DNA of 64,000 nt, from assembly GCF_018350175.1 (NCBI RefSeq), contig NC_058369.1, positions 11,968,001 to 12,032,000 of the forward strand, read 5' to 3'. The stretch's first letter is position 1, and each line of letters begins with the position of its first letter. Shown in pieces: positions 48,749 to 61,166 of this stretch. Made by a program: the position numbers and the translations under genes. The notes beneath the pieces were generated by a model that did not search any database, was not told where the DNA came from, and saw only the letters and a program-made list of their open reading frames with translations. The DNA is from Felis catus (taxonomy: Eukaryota).

Positions 48749-50610
48749 GTAAGAGGCATTGGCGTCCTCCGCCCCTTCACCCAGGGAGTGCTTTGAGCCA
48801 GAAGCCTTGGTGCCTCTCTCTTTCCCCCTCCCTGTGACCATGGCCTCCACCTCTTTGTGCCTAGCCATACGCGTGAGGCTTTCTTCCGAAACCCCAGAGA
48901 CTGGGCTCTGCTGGTTACTGGGGCCTGGAGTCTGTCAGCACCTTCTGGGGACATAGCTGCCAGTCCGGGTTAGCTCAGCGTTTCGATGTGGGCACCGCTG
49001 GGCCTGGGCTTCCGAGTGGCCTGCTTCCATCGGACTTGGAGCGTACCCTCTGTGCCTGGGCAGTGGTGAAGGCTTTGGGACAACGCCATGCCCCAGCCCA
49101 GTGTTTCCTTTTGACCCTATCAGCTCGCTGAAGAAGGCCAGACATCATTTCCTCTTTTCTTCCCCACCCCCGGGGAAGCCCAAGCCTTACTTCTTTAGCC
49201 CACAGACCTGAAATCCCAGAACTAAAAATAAGCTGAGGCCAGGCCCAGCGGCAAGACCCGTTTTCTATTCCGCTTACCTGGGGCTGACTTCTTGTGATAC
49301 ATGAAATCGGAGAGGTTGTGAGTCCCTGTCGCTGACTCGGGTCTGTAGCCCCTCGGAAGTGCCAGGAAGGCTGAGCTCAGATGGTCAGATGGAAGGGGAG
49401 TCCCCGCCCTGCAGCCACATCACCCACGGGGAAGTATGAGCCTTGAGCGAAATGAAAGAGAAGTCACATGTGAGAGGGTGGCGAAGTCTCCCTGCCCTAG
49501 CGAGCACCTGTGGTGGGAGGGAGTGCCGTGAGGGGGGCCACGAAGCCACCTTCCCCGCAGCCCGTCTCCCTCCCCCGAGTCTCAGAGCGTGAGCATCGCT
49601 CTGCCTGCCCAGGGCGCCCCCTCGGCTCCCGTGGTGTTTGCCTCTGGTCTGACTCCAGTGGAAATCTGGATGAGGCCAGACGCCTCGTCAGCTGGTAATC
49701 TGCCCGTCTCTGGTCTCTGGTCTCTGGCTGCCTCATAAGTTACAAGCCCTAGAAGCATCTCCATCTTTACCACGTGGCTCCCCAGCAGCCTCGGCGCCCG
49801 GAGTCCAAGGTGACACGGCAGCAGCTGGCAGAAGTTTCACTTTCCTCTTCTCCTCTCTTCCTACTTCTGCTCTCAGCAGTCTCGATGGGGTCAGTGACTC
49901 TTAGCGCTTCTCTAGACTAGGGCCGTGGCGGAGGATAGAAATGACTGTTCCTAACCACTAACGTCACCTGCCGTTGGTGTCAGAAAGCCAGCCGAGCCCC
50001 AGATTGAGGGGCCTCCGTGCAGCCCAGCCATGCAGAACCCTCGCAGGGTCACGAAAGGAACCCCGAATCCAGAGACAAAAGACATGGGGCTTGCCCTGGC
50101 CCCGCCACCAATCAGTCAGGCCATCTTTACACCGAGCACTGAATGCCCCCTGTGCCAGGAGCTGGGCTGGGCACGATGTGTCTCACCCAGGTGTCGCCCT
50201 GCACCAACAAGGGAAGACTTGCTCCCTGGCTTCTGCCAAGACAGCAAGCAAGCATGAAGGTACACCCCTCCAGCCATGTGACCGGCCCCTTCCATGCCTG
50301 CATGGCCCTGGATTTTCACAGCTGACATCCGATCTCGGCTCTTCTGTGAGCCGGAAACTCTGGGAAGAATCCCCAGGAAACAGAGGTGCAGCAGAGGGGT
50401 CATTGGAGGGAATGACTTTACGCCCTATGGGGCAGGTCTTTGACACCCTGAGTCGCCGTTTCCTCCTCTGTAAGAGTAGAGGACAAAGGTGCTGTCCCAC
50501 AGTCGGACAGTGAATTAGGAAATGACCCGCGTCCATCGCGGCTGAGTACCCATTGTTCCCACGGTGATGATTCGTGTTTGCTGTCACCATTCTCCCTTCT
50601 TCCCCTCTAG

Positions 50611-50671
50611 GGACACAGCTGGTCAGGAACGGTTTCGGACGATCACAACGGCCTACTACAGGGGCGCAATG
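50611..50671 (+). CDS. RAB8A: RAB8A exon 3
   Basis: DTAGQERFRTITTAYYRGAM (G3/switch II); 61 nt; tag|G, ATG|gtatgg. Confidence 0.98.
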
Positions 50672-52094
50672 GTATGGACTGGTTTTCGTTTCTTTTTTTA
50701 AAGTCCACGTGAACATCACTCTCGTGAATGCCCGAACCCGGATGCTTCTGGGGAGTCCGTGCTCGGACTCCTCCGGGGTCCTCGGTCCCGGGTTAGTTTT
50801 AGGAAAAGGCTATGTGCCCTGCCCCCACCCCGACATACATCCTCTTCTGCTTCAGGGACAATGCAGGGTTTAAGGACGGTTAATTCTTTGGGAATGAGGG
50901 AAGACAGAGGAAGCCGGTTCTTCCAGGTGAGGTCAGTGAAATTGGAGATAGCATGCCCCAACACTTAGGAGCGCTCACGTGGCCTGTGTCAGTCTCTGTG
51001 GAATTTGCTACTGAAAACTTGAACATCATCCAGGAGTTGGCTTGCTCTGGGCAGTTGGCCGTTGTATGGTCCCCCGGGCCAGAGGCAGGCTGCTATCACA
51101 GGAAGACTCGTTCCCCATCCCTCAGGTACTTTTACGGAGCACCTTCTCTAGGCCAGGCCTGAACTAGATGCAGAGGAGGACCCGGAATAGGCCGGGTTCC
51201 TGCCCTCCGAGTGGGTCGAGCACATGTGAGGTGTGCACACAGTGGAGCGCTCAGGGTCTGGGAGCGGGAGGCAGAGCCCTGGCCCCTGGCTCAGCACCCT
51301 GGGTCACCCTCTGAGCTGCATCTCCTTACTTGGAAAGTGGAACAGAGAACAGGACTCCGTTCCGGGCAGCCACGAGGGCGGATGGCCATCTCCCCGTTTC
51401 CGGTGCCCGGTGCACACCCCATCATGTGACCACATACATGCCTGTTTCCTCTGCAAGACCACAAGCTCTGTGAGGGCAGTGCCACGTCTCGGTCACTGCC
51501 GTATGCCCCGTGCCTGGGACCACGCTGCGTATGTGGTGCGTATTCAGGAAATACTGGTGGACGGCACAAATGAATGGAGGCATTAAGTATTGAGAATATC
51601 CCACACAGCTTTTGAAACATAACAGAAACTCAGTCGTGTGCATTGCAACCTTAGCACTCCTCATTAAAATTTATTTACTAATTTTCTTCCCACCTGGCTG
51701 TGCTCTGGTGGGGCAGGGGCCTCGGGGAACCGGGGTCCTGGGGGAGCTTCTGCTGTGTGGCCTCAGGTAGGCCCCCTCCCCATCTGGGCTGAAATAGTCC
51801 CCCCACCACCCCCATTCTCTGAGGCCTTTCGTGTGCCAGCTGCTGGGCCCAGGTCTTGGCCATTAACAGCGGAGCATGGGTGCCACGGTCGTCCACGTTT
51901 CACTGACAGGGGACCTAAGGCCTAGCACGGTTCCATGTCCTGCTTCAGTTCACGCAGAGGGGAAATGACTGGGCCAGTGCCGATTGGCTGTCTCCAGTGC
52001 CCACATCCTCAGCCAGCCCTTGATGACGCTGGCCTGAGCCAGGGTGTTTGTGGCTTGCAGTCCTAGATTGGATATATATAGCCTTATAGAACCC

Positions 52095-52250
52095 ATATAT
52101 AAAGCCAGCGACCACATGTGGCTCTTTGAGTGTAAATTGACTCGAATAAGAAATCCAGCCCCTTGGTTGCACCTTTTAGGCACTGCAGAGCCACGTGTGG
52201 CCAGGGGTGACCTTACCGGATAGCTCGGAGAACATTGCCCCCATCGCAGC
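52095..52250. mobile_element. MER3/MER33-like DNA transposon relic
   Basis: gccagcgaccacatgtggctctttgag...agccacgtgtggccag. Confidence 0.45.
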
Positions 52251-54053
52251 CATCGCCCTCTCCCTGCATGGTACTAGACTCTTGGGTCCCAAATTTGGGG
52301 ACATTGGGTGTCCGTTGTCCCGTTGGAGCTTACAAGCTGATAGGGGCAGCCGTGCCCAGTGGGGGCTGGGAACATGGTCACTTGGGGCCCCGAGGAGAGT
52401 TTCCACAGAGGACCTGGAATAGGGTGATATCCCGTGTTTTCTCGGCACTTCTCTCTCCGATAGCTCCAACCGCCGCCCCCACCCCTTGGTTGGTGAATAT
52501 CTGGGACCTTGGAATCTGGAGCATGGGGTGTCAACTTGCTGGTGGTGGCCAGAGCCCTGGGCCACCCGAGGGGCCAGTCCCTGGATAAAAGGGAGGAAAG
52601 TTCTCATGACCTCGTGGCGTTTCTTGCCCCGACGGCCAGAGGCCTCCGCGGTGCTTGACCTAGGGAGTCTGCGCACCGGGATCTCGTACTCGAGCTGGCC
52701 TTGGCTGGGGAGTGGCCGACAGCACGGCCTCTACAAGCTCCTGGTTGTCCTGCAGGTGGTCTCCGTTCAGTCTCCCCAAAGGGGGCCCCCAGATGGCCTT
52801 CTGGAGGGGTCCTGGCCGGGGCCTCGGTTGTGGCAGGCTGCGAGGCCCCTGCGTGTCTCCTTGGGTTCATGGCGGGGCTTCGGAATTGCAGGGGCTCTCC
52901 TGTCCCGTCCCTGAGGTCTTATCACACGTCCTCGCCGCTCTCCACCCAGTGCCCGCAGCCCACGTTCTCACTCTGCAGACTCGGGCAGCCTCAGGGACGT
53001 CTTGGCCGGCACCAGCGGTCTCGGATGCAGGGCCGGGCCGTCGGGAGGGGGTGGCCTGAGCACATGGAGTAAGCCAGGCCGGCCCAGGACAGCTGGGGCC
53101 CTGTGCCTGGAAGGTGGCCCTCGGTGTTACTTGGTGCTGATGAGGGCCCAGGGAGGTTCCTAATGGGAGCTGGTGTGACCAACTTGTTCAGGGTCAGTCT
53201 TTCCTGGGCTTGAATCTTTAAGGGCGCTTTTGTGGGCCTCAGTTTGCTCTGTATCAAACAGGGACACATGTCCTTCGCAGTGACAGCAAGGTCACGGGCC
53301 CAGGTGGAGGTGGGTTCACTCTGCAGCTCTTTAGGGACTCCTGCGCTGTCTCCCACCTGCTCACACGTGGGTAATGGACCCTCAGGGGCCTCAGTGCCGC
53401 CCAGCCCCACACTCCAAGCTGGCCCCGTGGGTGGAGTCATTGGAACACACAAGAGTGTCAGGATCAGGCCATCCAGGGTTCAGACCCCAGTTACGCCCTT
53501 TACTCTCTCATGGGAAGGGAGGCGGGCCTGGCCGTCCCACACCTCTGGGTCCTCGTCTGCAGAGTGGGGACAGCCGGACCCACCTGTGAGGGCTGTGAGG
53601 CTTCAACAAGACCCTACCATAGAACGCGGTGCGCAGTAGGTGCTCGGAGGAGACTCAGGCAGGGCGGGCTGAGTGAAGAGGAGCACTGTGGGCCCTGGGG
53701 CCGTGGAACATGGGACTGGGAGACAGGTGGGACGCCGAGAGCTGCCAGGCCATGGGCACATGTGCCCTGCTGGTGCTGGGGGGCCCGCGAGGCTCGTCTG
53801 TAAGCATGAGTGTGGTGGGGTCTGGTCTGCAGGGTGAAGGGTCACCTTGGTGGCAGGGTGGGCAGGACTAGAGCCTGGGCGACCAGGGAGGAGCCGGTCC
53901 TGGAGTCCAGCAGAAGGAAGGGCCCCAGGAGTGGAGTGGAGGGAGTTGGCAGGAGGGGTGTCTTGCTGGGGTCTCGGCCACCCCACCTTGCTGGGGCCTC
54001 CCCCTCAGCTCGCAGCTTGTCCAGAGCACACGTTTGTCTCCCTTCCCGCCCAG

Positions 54054-54131
54054 GGCATCATGCTGGTCTATGACATCACCAACGAAAAATCCTTTGACAA
54101 CATCCGGAACTGGATTCGGAATATTGAGGAG
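54054..54131 (+). CDS. RAB8A: RAB8A exon 4
   Basis: [26 protein letters not shown]; 78 nt; cag|GGC, GAG|gtaagg. Confidence 0.98.
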
Positions 54132-55668
54132 GTAAGGCTTGCGCCCCTCACGTGCAGAGGAACTTCATGCGTGTCCCCACCTCGGTCCCCACCCCAGAGC
54201 TCCTCGGATAAGAGATGAGCTCACTGAGGCACAGAGACCCCTAGAAGTCACTTGCCAAGAGCTCCATGGCCAGGGATGTACCCGGAACGGGGACCGGAAC
54301 CCAGGTGGCTGACCCTGGAGACCACACATGGGCCTCGCGTCATCATAGGGTGGCCCTGAGAGCCCATTAATTTCCCCACCGGGGCTGTCAGGTTTGGGCA
54401 ATGTCTCAGCCGTGAGAGAAGAGATACCTGAGCTCTTGATCACTGTGGGCATTTGGTGCTTTCTAGAAACAGGAGGTTCCAGGATAGGCATGACCCTTGC
54501 ATTTGGCAGACAGGCGTTTCAGATTGTTCTCTGAGTTTCAGCAGAGCAGGGTGTGAGCTAGTTTGAGTCGCCCGAGTTCAAGCCAGCAGCTCTTCGACTG
54601 CAGCTGGCTGGGAAAGCAGACCTTGAACCCAGGAGGGAAAAGAAGGCAGTTAGCCCCGCCTCCCCGTCCCAAAGCTGGCGTCCCCGCCTTCTGGCTCCCC
54701 AGACAGGCTCACCCCAAAGCCTTCTTGGACGACAGCACTTGTGCCTCTCGGTGACTCACCAGGTGGGGCTTCGGGTCTGAGGTGCAGCGAGAGGACTTCA
54801 CCCATCCATAAAGCCACGGCCAAAGGTCACGGCATGGCTGACATCTGTGAGCAGTGGCACCAGGCCGCCATCCTGACAGGCCCACTGTCAGACCTGATGA
54901 TGGTCTGCTGGCCGGAGGCCGTGCCCGGGCTGAGGACAAGGAACCACTCCCATTGGTCCTTGTGGAAACTCAGTGTTTCTGGCCAGTGGGCAAGAGGGTC
55001 TTGCAGTTAACAGGAAGTTCGGGAGCAGAGCAGTGTTTCACGAGACCTGATCTGAGCTACACGACGAGGTCCCTTTCCATACCCTCGTCCTTCAGGAAGC
55101 GTGGAACCTTCCACTGGAGCCCAAGAAAGGGTTGGAGGAGCAGCCCTTTACAAGCATGAGGCAGCTGTGGGGGGGCGCCAGGGGATGGGGACACCCCAGG
55201 GCTGGCTGCAGTGGGGGGCCATTGCCACCCCAGGCGCTGCCCGCTTCCAGAGTCCAAACGGAGCAAGCTGGAGTGGGGCGGAAGGTCCTGGGAGAGCAGC
55301 TGGGGCCTCCAGCAGAAGAGGCAGGGAGGGAGGGAGGCGAGCGGGGGTAAATATCCCAGCCTCGCTTGCCTCCGTAGGCCAGACCCTGCCAGGAGCCCGG
55401 GGATGGCCTCGGGGCCTGGGTGACACAGCCCGTAGGGAAGCTGTCCTCAGCAGTCAGAGAGCATGTCCTCGGTCAGAGTAGTAGCCAGAACCTGGACTCT
55501 GCTCTTGTATTGGCTGTGTGACGTGGGACAGGCCACTCAGCCTCTCTGATCTTCAGCTCGTCCCCTGTACAAGGGTGTGTCAGCAGTCTTGGCCCACCAC
55601 CCGGATTTTAGGGGACAGACTGTGTGTTGGCCTCTGACCTCTCACCATCCGTCTGCCCTCCCCTTCAG

Positions 55669-55758
55669 CATGCTTCTGCAGATGTCGAAAAGATGATACT
55701 CGGGAACAAGTGCGACGTGAACGACAAGAGACAAGTGTCCAAGGAACGGGGAGAGAAG
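55669..55758 (+). CDS. RAB8A: RAB8A exon 5
   Basis: [30 protein letters not shown] (NKCD = G4); 90 nt; AAG|gtgggc. Confidence 0.98.
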
Positions 55759-56324
55759 GTGGGCATGGCCACCAGCGTGGGCCTGGCACCTCGTGGCACA
55801 GGGACCTCAGGGTTTTAGGGTTCTCTGCATGGAGGCCTGTTCTGCCCCAGAGGGTCTCCGATTGCTCACTCGCCGAGTGGGCTTTGGGGGAGACTCTCTC
55901 ACTGTCTCTACAAGCATACGATAACCGGCCAGCCTGGCTTGTACAAGACTGAGGGGGTCTGGGACTCAGGACAAAGGGAGAGTGGAAGGCACTCCCTCCG
56001 CTGGGCTTCCGTCTAAAGACTGCACACGCAGCGGCTTCTGGGATGTGCTCTGTGTGCTCCCTTAAGGCATCCGGTTGGAACCTGTGGGACCCACAGGAAG
56101 CAGAGGAGAGAGCCGTGGTTTGAGCCACGCCCTCCACCCTCCTGCCAGGGATGTTCACCACCTGCGCTCTCCACTGGGGACTTGAGGGAACAGCCCAGGA
56201 AGTCAGATCCATGGCCTGAGACCCCCCCCCAACTCCTGCCCCTGCATTGCTCCTGGCTCAGGGTTTGTAGGGTTCAGGGGTACCTAGTGGCTAACATGCA
56301 CGTGTGTATCTCCCTTCCACACAG

Positions 56325-56390
56325 CTCGCCCTGGACTATGGAATCAAGTTCATGGAGACCAGTGCGAAGGCCAACATCAACGTGGAGAAC
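56325..56390 (+). CDS. RAB8A: RAB8A exon 6
   Basis: LALDYGIKFMETSAKANINVEN (ETSAK = G5); 66 nt; AAC|gtgagt. Confidence 0.98.
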
Positions 56391-57701
56391 GTGAGTCCTG
56401 GGCCCTCCGGGCTGAGGGACAGGCTGCACCCTCTAGGGAGGCTCTACCAGGGGGACCGACCTCAGGCCCTGGGCTGCCTAAGGTCGGTCCCTCATCCGGC
56501 TGGCCGCGCGGCACTTTCTAGGCAGTGTGCCAGGCCCCTTGAGGGACTTGCCATGTTCTGACGTCAGCAGGTGCAGGCCCTGGCTGGGCACCTAGGCTGT
56601 TACCTTAGTGGTTCTTGGGCAGCCCTGGGGAGCCGGCGCCGTTTTACCAATGGAGAAACGGCCTCAGAGAGTCCCAGCTGACAGGTGCCCAGGCCCAGCT
56701 CCACGTGTGTGCCCTCGGCCCTGCCACCCTCACAGACAGGCCCCGGTCAGCAAGCCCAGATGACTGAGCTTTGGCCCGGGCCACCCGCTCTTCTCCGTGG
56801 AGCTGATCTGCCGACCTCCATCCCACTGCCCCAGTGGTCTTTGCAAAATGCACCTTCCATGTTGCTCCCAACCTCAGCCCAACACGCCTGGCACAGAAGG
56901 CCCTCCCTCACCAGCCCCAGGCGGTGTGTGCCACCCACAGCTTGCCCACAACTTTCCATCCCAGGCCACCCATGCCACACCCTCCTTGCACCCCCTTTCC
57001 CCTCAGGGCCCAGCCCAAGTGGCCCCTCGCAGGGAGACCTTCACTATCCCCCAGGCCCACCACTTTGGTCTTCCCTAGCACCGAAACCAGCCTTCACAAC
57101 AGAATATTCCACGTCATGTGGGCGTTCGTTGAGACTCTGCCTCCCTACCAAGAGGGGCCAGCTCGAGCCTCGTCAAGCATGGGGAGGCAAACCTTTACCT
57201 GGCACTGGCCCTCCCAGGCCTCCCTGCTGGCAGGGACCCCACGCGAAGTGTGTTTGGCTAAGAATGGCTTGTTTTTCTCTCTGCCTGGCCCCTGACCTGA
57301 CCGTCAGAGGTGGGGGCAAAAGTGGACAGAGTACAGGAGTCGGGGGTGGAAAACTGGGTCCTCCTCCTGGATCCTTCTGGCTCTGTCAGTTAGGCACTGG
57401 GTGCCTTCAGACAAGTCACTCGACCCCTCTGAACCTCAGTTTCCTCTGTGTCCAGTCAAGGGTGACCCCATGTCCCAGGTCATTGGCTCAGGGGAGGTGG
57501 CGGTCCAGCTTGGCAGGAGTGGCCCAGTGGTGGCAGGAGATGGGGCTGGACAGGTGAGACCCCACCCGGGAAGCTACCCTGACGCTGCTCCCCTGCCCAC
57601 CCCACTGTCCCGCCACTTCTCCTACGCGGGAGTGGCCCAGCACCAGCAGGCCCCTACCCGCTTCCTGCTCCCGCGGCCCTGACAACATCCTTATTCCACA
57701 G

Positions 57702-57752
57702 GCATTTTTCACTCTCGCCAGAGACATCAAAGCAAAAATGGACAAAAAACTG
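57702..57752 (+). CDS. RAB8A: RAB8A exon 7
   Basis: AFFTLARDIKAKMDKKL; 51 nt; cag|GCA, CTG|gtgagt. Confidence 0.97.
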
Positions 57753-59581
57753 GTGAGTGTATGTGCTTTCTGAATCCTTGCATGGGTCCTGTTGGAGCCA
57801 GCCACCCTTGGCCTCAGTGCTGTGACGCCTCCCCGGGCAGATCCTGCTCTTCGGGGCCCGGCTAGACCCAGTCGAGCATCTCTGGGAAAGGGGCAGGAGT
57901 TAGCAGGACTGGTTTGGGCATCCACAGCAGGACACGCTGCTCTGGGGCCCGGAGCTGCTCCGTGACAGGTGCTCCCTACTAAGTTCATGGGCCAGCAGGG
58001 GACACGCGGCCTTGCTGTCCTACCTGGGAGACGGCACGTGTGAGGAGAGAGAGCCCCCTGCAGAAAAGCCCCAGGCAGGCCCAGAGCCACAGTCTGCCAC
58101 CCCCCCCCCCAGTCCGTGACAAGACACCCCCTGCCCCCCCACCCCCCCCGCAGGGCTGACAGCCACCAGCTTTCTGTCTTGATGAGTCCACCCCAAGTTC
58201 TGCTGGCTGTGACAGTTCTGTGGCCTTCGGTGGGTGCCAGGGCCCTGGGGCCTCTGAGAGGTCCCACCTGGATCCCTCCGTATCCGCCCTTTTGTCTGTT
58301 TTCTGGCCTTTTTGTTTCATGGTCCCCACTCTCTACAACTACCACTTTCTTTGGTCACATCTACACACTCGAGTTTACGTTGGGCGTGTTCAGCCCCTAA
58401 ACACTGCTGGGAGTCTTGGCCCGGAGCCCTCCATTCCAGTGGCCCCTGTTTCCCGGCCAGGTGACACCCCTCGCTCTCTGATTCAAGGGCGTGAAGTGAG
58501 CTATGCGTTGGCTTGCGTTACGCCTGGTCACCCGCGAGTGCGCACATGACACAAAATGCCACTCGGGTAGGTCACGTCTGACTGAAAACATGCCTCCGGA
58601 ATTCTAAGATGCTGCGAATTCAGTCATAAGGGATGGGATCCATTTAGTGGCAGCCCTTTAGCCAAAACAGGACCGTGTCCACGCAAGCAGACGTACGGCC
58701 CGACGACGGCGTGCAGTGTTCCTGTAATTTTGTTTCTCTTCAGCCAGAGTTTGATTCTAGAGGATCCTTCTGACACTCGCCCCCTGGCGGTGACACTAAG
58801 CATCACACTCACTTTTTCCGTAGCCTGTGCTTTCGGCATCGGCCTGTCGACTGCCCCTAGAATGTGCCGTGTCCTTCCAAGGCCCAGACTGTGAAACACG
58901 GATGTGCAGCCACACTCCTTGCGACCTCTCTTCACAGTTAAACGCCTTCTCATTCCCTGTCACCTTTGTTCACATGCAGAGTTGCAGCCTCCACGGCTTC
59001 CTATCTGTCTTTTTGATCGAAATGCCACTGCCGTTGAACGTTGCGTAAATTTGAGGCTTACAGGACATTGGTTTTAACACGTTGGGAGCTGATACCTCTA
59101 TTATCTCACATACTCGCATACTTATCGTTTCTCTTTTGCGTTGAGAACAATTCAGATCTGGTCTCTTAAGCAACTTTGACTGTAATCGCTGTGCCGTGCA
59201 TCAGATCTCCAGAACTGTCTATGTGCTAGTTGCAAGTTCGTATCTGTGTTACTCAGACGGCCAGTTCTGCCCACCCCTGCCTCCCCTCCTAGAGCATCAG
59301 GGGAAGCCAGGCCCCGCCAGCACCCTCCTCCCGGACCGCTGGTGCTCTCCCGCTCCGCTCAACCCAGTGCTCCTCACCGCTGAGCACACACTGCGTCCCC
59401 ACAACCCGTCCGGGCCACTGCCACCCTCTCCACCTTGTCTCCCTGCCGCTTCCCTGCTGTCCACTCCAGGCCTTTTTTTTGTTCCTCAAATGCCCCACGT
59501 TCCTTTAGACTTTCCCCTCCACCGGGGAAAGTGGCGGTCCGGCTTGGCAGGAGTGGCCCAGTGGGCGCCCCCCTCGCGCAT

Positions 59582-60063
59582 CCGTGTCCTAAGGCTGCTG
59601 GAACACATTCCCGGAACGAGCTTAGTAGCGTCAACGACACACGAGCATGACGGTTCTGGAGGTCACAAGTCTGAAACGGGTCTCACTGGACTGAGACCAA
59701 GGTGTCAGCAGGGGTGCCCTCCCCACAGGGAGGACCCGCCGCCTTGCCTTGTCCAGCTTCTAGAAGCCACCACATTCCTTGCCTTGTGAGCCCTTCCTCC
59801 GTCTTCCGAGCCAGCCACCCAGCACCTCCCCGACCCTGCTTCCTGCTTCCTTCGTCTCGCTCGTCCTTGACCACGGCTGGAAAGTGTCTCTGCTTTTAAG
59901 GAGTCACAGGGTTAGATGGGGCCCACCTGGGTGATCCAGGCCGCTGTCCCCACCCCTCCTCAGTCGCGTCTGCAAGGTCTGCCACCACGTCGGGTACCGT
60001 CTGTGCAGGTTCCAGGGATGAGGGTGTGGACATCTTGGGGGGCAGTTTTTCCGCTGACCACGG
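59582..60063. mobile_element. MaLR LTR (MLT1-type)
   Basis: cctaaggctgctg...ggttctggaggtcacaagtctgaaacgggtctcactgg...ccagcttctagaagccaccacattcctt. Confidence 0.7.
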
Positions 60064-60699
60064 CCCTTGGACCATCCCTGGCCTCGCTTCCGAGAGGTCT
60101 CCGCTCAGACATCGCCATCGAAACGCTTCTCCACCCTTCACCTGTTTTGTCTCATTACTCGCTGCAGTGGAAAGTGCCGTTCATTTGATTACCTGTGCGA
60201 TTTGTCTGCCCCCAGCGGGACCTTTTGTCCTGTCCACCCCTGCCTGCCCAGCGCCCACAAAAGTGCCTAGCACCGCATAAGTGTTTGGTAGTTGCCTGAA
60301 TAAAACTTCAGGTTTTACCTAAGAGCACAAAGGCGAGAAGAAACTAGTCAAAAGGAGACCAAAGCACGCAAACAGTAGAATGGCAGAAAGCAGGGTCTGA
60401 GTTCCCAGGGTAGGCAGGGGCCAGCTCGCAGAGGCTTCAAGTGACAGATTTAGGCCACTCCTCAGAAACCTGGGGAGGTGGATGGGTGTCAGTATGGACT
60501 GAGCAGACGAGATCAGAGATTAGGGCTTATACCACCAGCTGCGGGGCAGAAGGTGGACAAGGGGAGAGGTGGGTCCGAGCCTTGGCACACGGTTACGGGG
60601 AGTCCTGTGTGAGTGGCATTGCGACCTTGAGCCCAGCCTCCCCTCAATCCCAGGAGGCAGTCTTTCCACTGCCCCTGGGCTGCCTCGCCGGGAGGGGCT

Positions 60700-61015
60700 G
60701 AGCACAGATGGATAGATGGATAGAGGGACGGAAGTAGGGAAAGGAGAATGAGATGGGTCAACAAATGGTGGGAAAGTTGTCGAGGAGATGAATGGAACGG
60801 GGGATGGGCAGGCGACTGAAAGACTGACAATGAGTGGTTGGAAAGGGGAGGAATGTAGCAGATCTGGGGTTTGTAAAAAGCCAGTTGGAAGGGACAGTTG
60901 GATGGTTGGAAGGTGGCAGAGGTTTGACAAATGGGAGGGGACGGGTGGGTGGATGGACCATCCGGATCCTGGCAGACGGGTGGGTGGTTGGTTCATTGGT
61001 CGGTGGGCCGGTTGG
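60700..61015. repeat. Degenerate (GGAT/GGTT)-rich low-complexity tract
   Basis: gatggatagatgga...ggatggttgga...ggtggttggtt. Confidence 0.6.
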
Positions 61016-61073
61016 TTAAGAGACATAGTGCTGATCCCCAGCCATGACCTTGCAAAACCCTTTGCAATTTCAG

Positions 61074-61166
61074 GAAGGCAACAGTCCCCAAGGGAGCAGC
61101 CAGGGAGTCAAAATCACCCCAGACCAGCAGAAGAGAAGCAGCTTTTTCCGATGTGTTCTTCTGTGA
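61074..61166 (+). CDS. RAB8A: RAB8A exon 8 coding part
   Basis: EGNSPQGSSQGVKITPDQQKRSSFFRCVLL-TGA; CaaX box CVLL; 8 exons total 624 nt = 207 aa + stop. Confidence 0.98.
   Translation, partial: EGNSPQGSSQGVKITPDQQKRSSFFRCVLL

Noticed and set aside
47399..48868. 489-aa minus-strand ORF, the longest in the track
   Set aside because: Runs through a SINE (ERERER from the CT tract) and antisense to RAB8A exon 2; no recognisable domain; non-ATG start; chance ORF in GC-rich intron
52289..52298. Perfect CArG CCAAATTTGG in RAB8A intron 3
   Set aside because: Isolated, with no supporting motifs; consistent with chance and a caution for the other CArG calls
56685..58345. 290-aa (+) and 285-aa (-) ORFs in RAB8A introns 6-7
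   Set aside because: Pro/Gly-rich, no domain, overlap MIR-like relics; expected at this GC content
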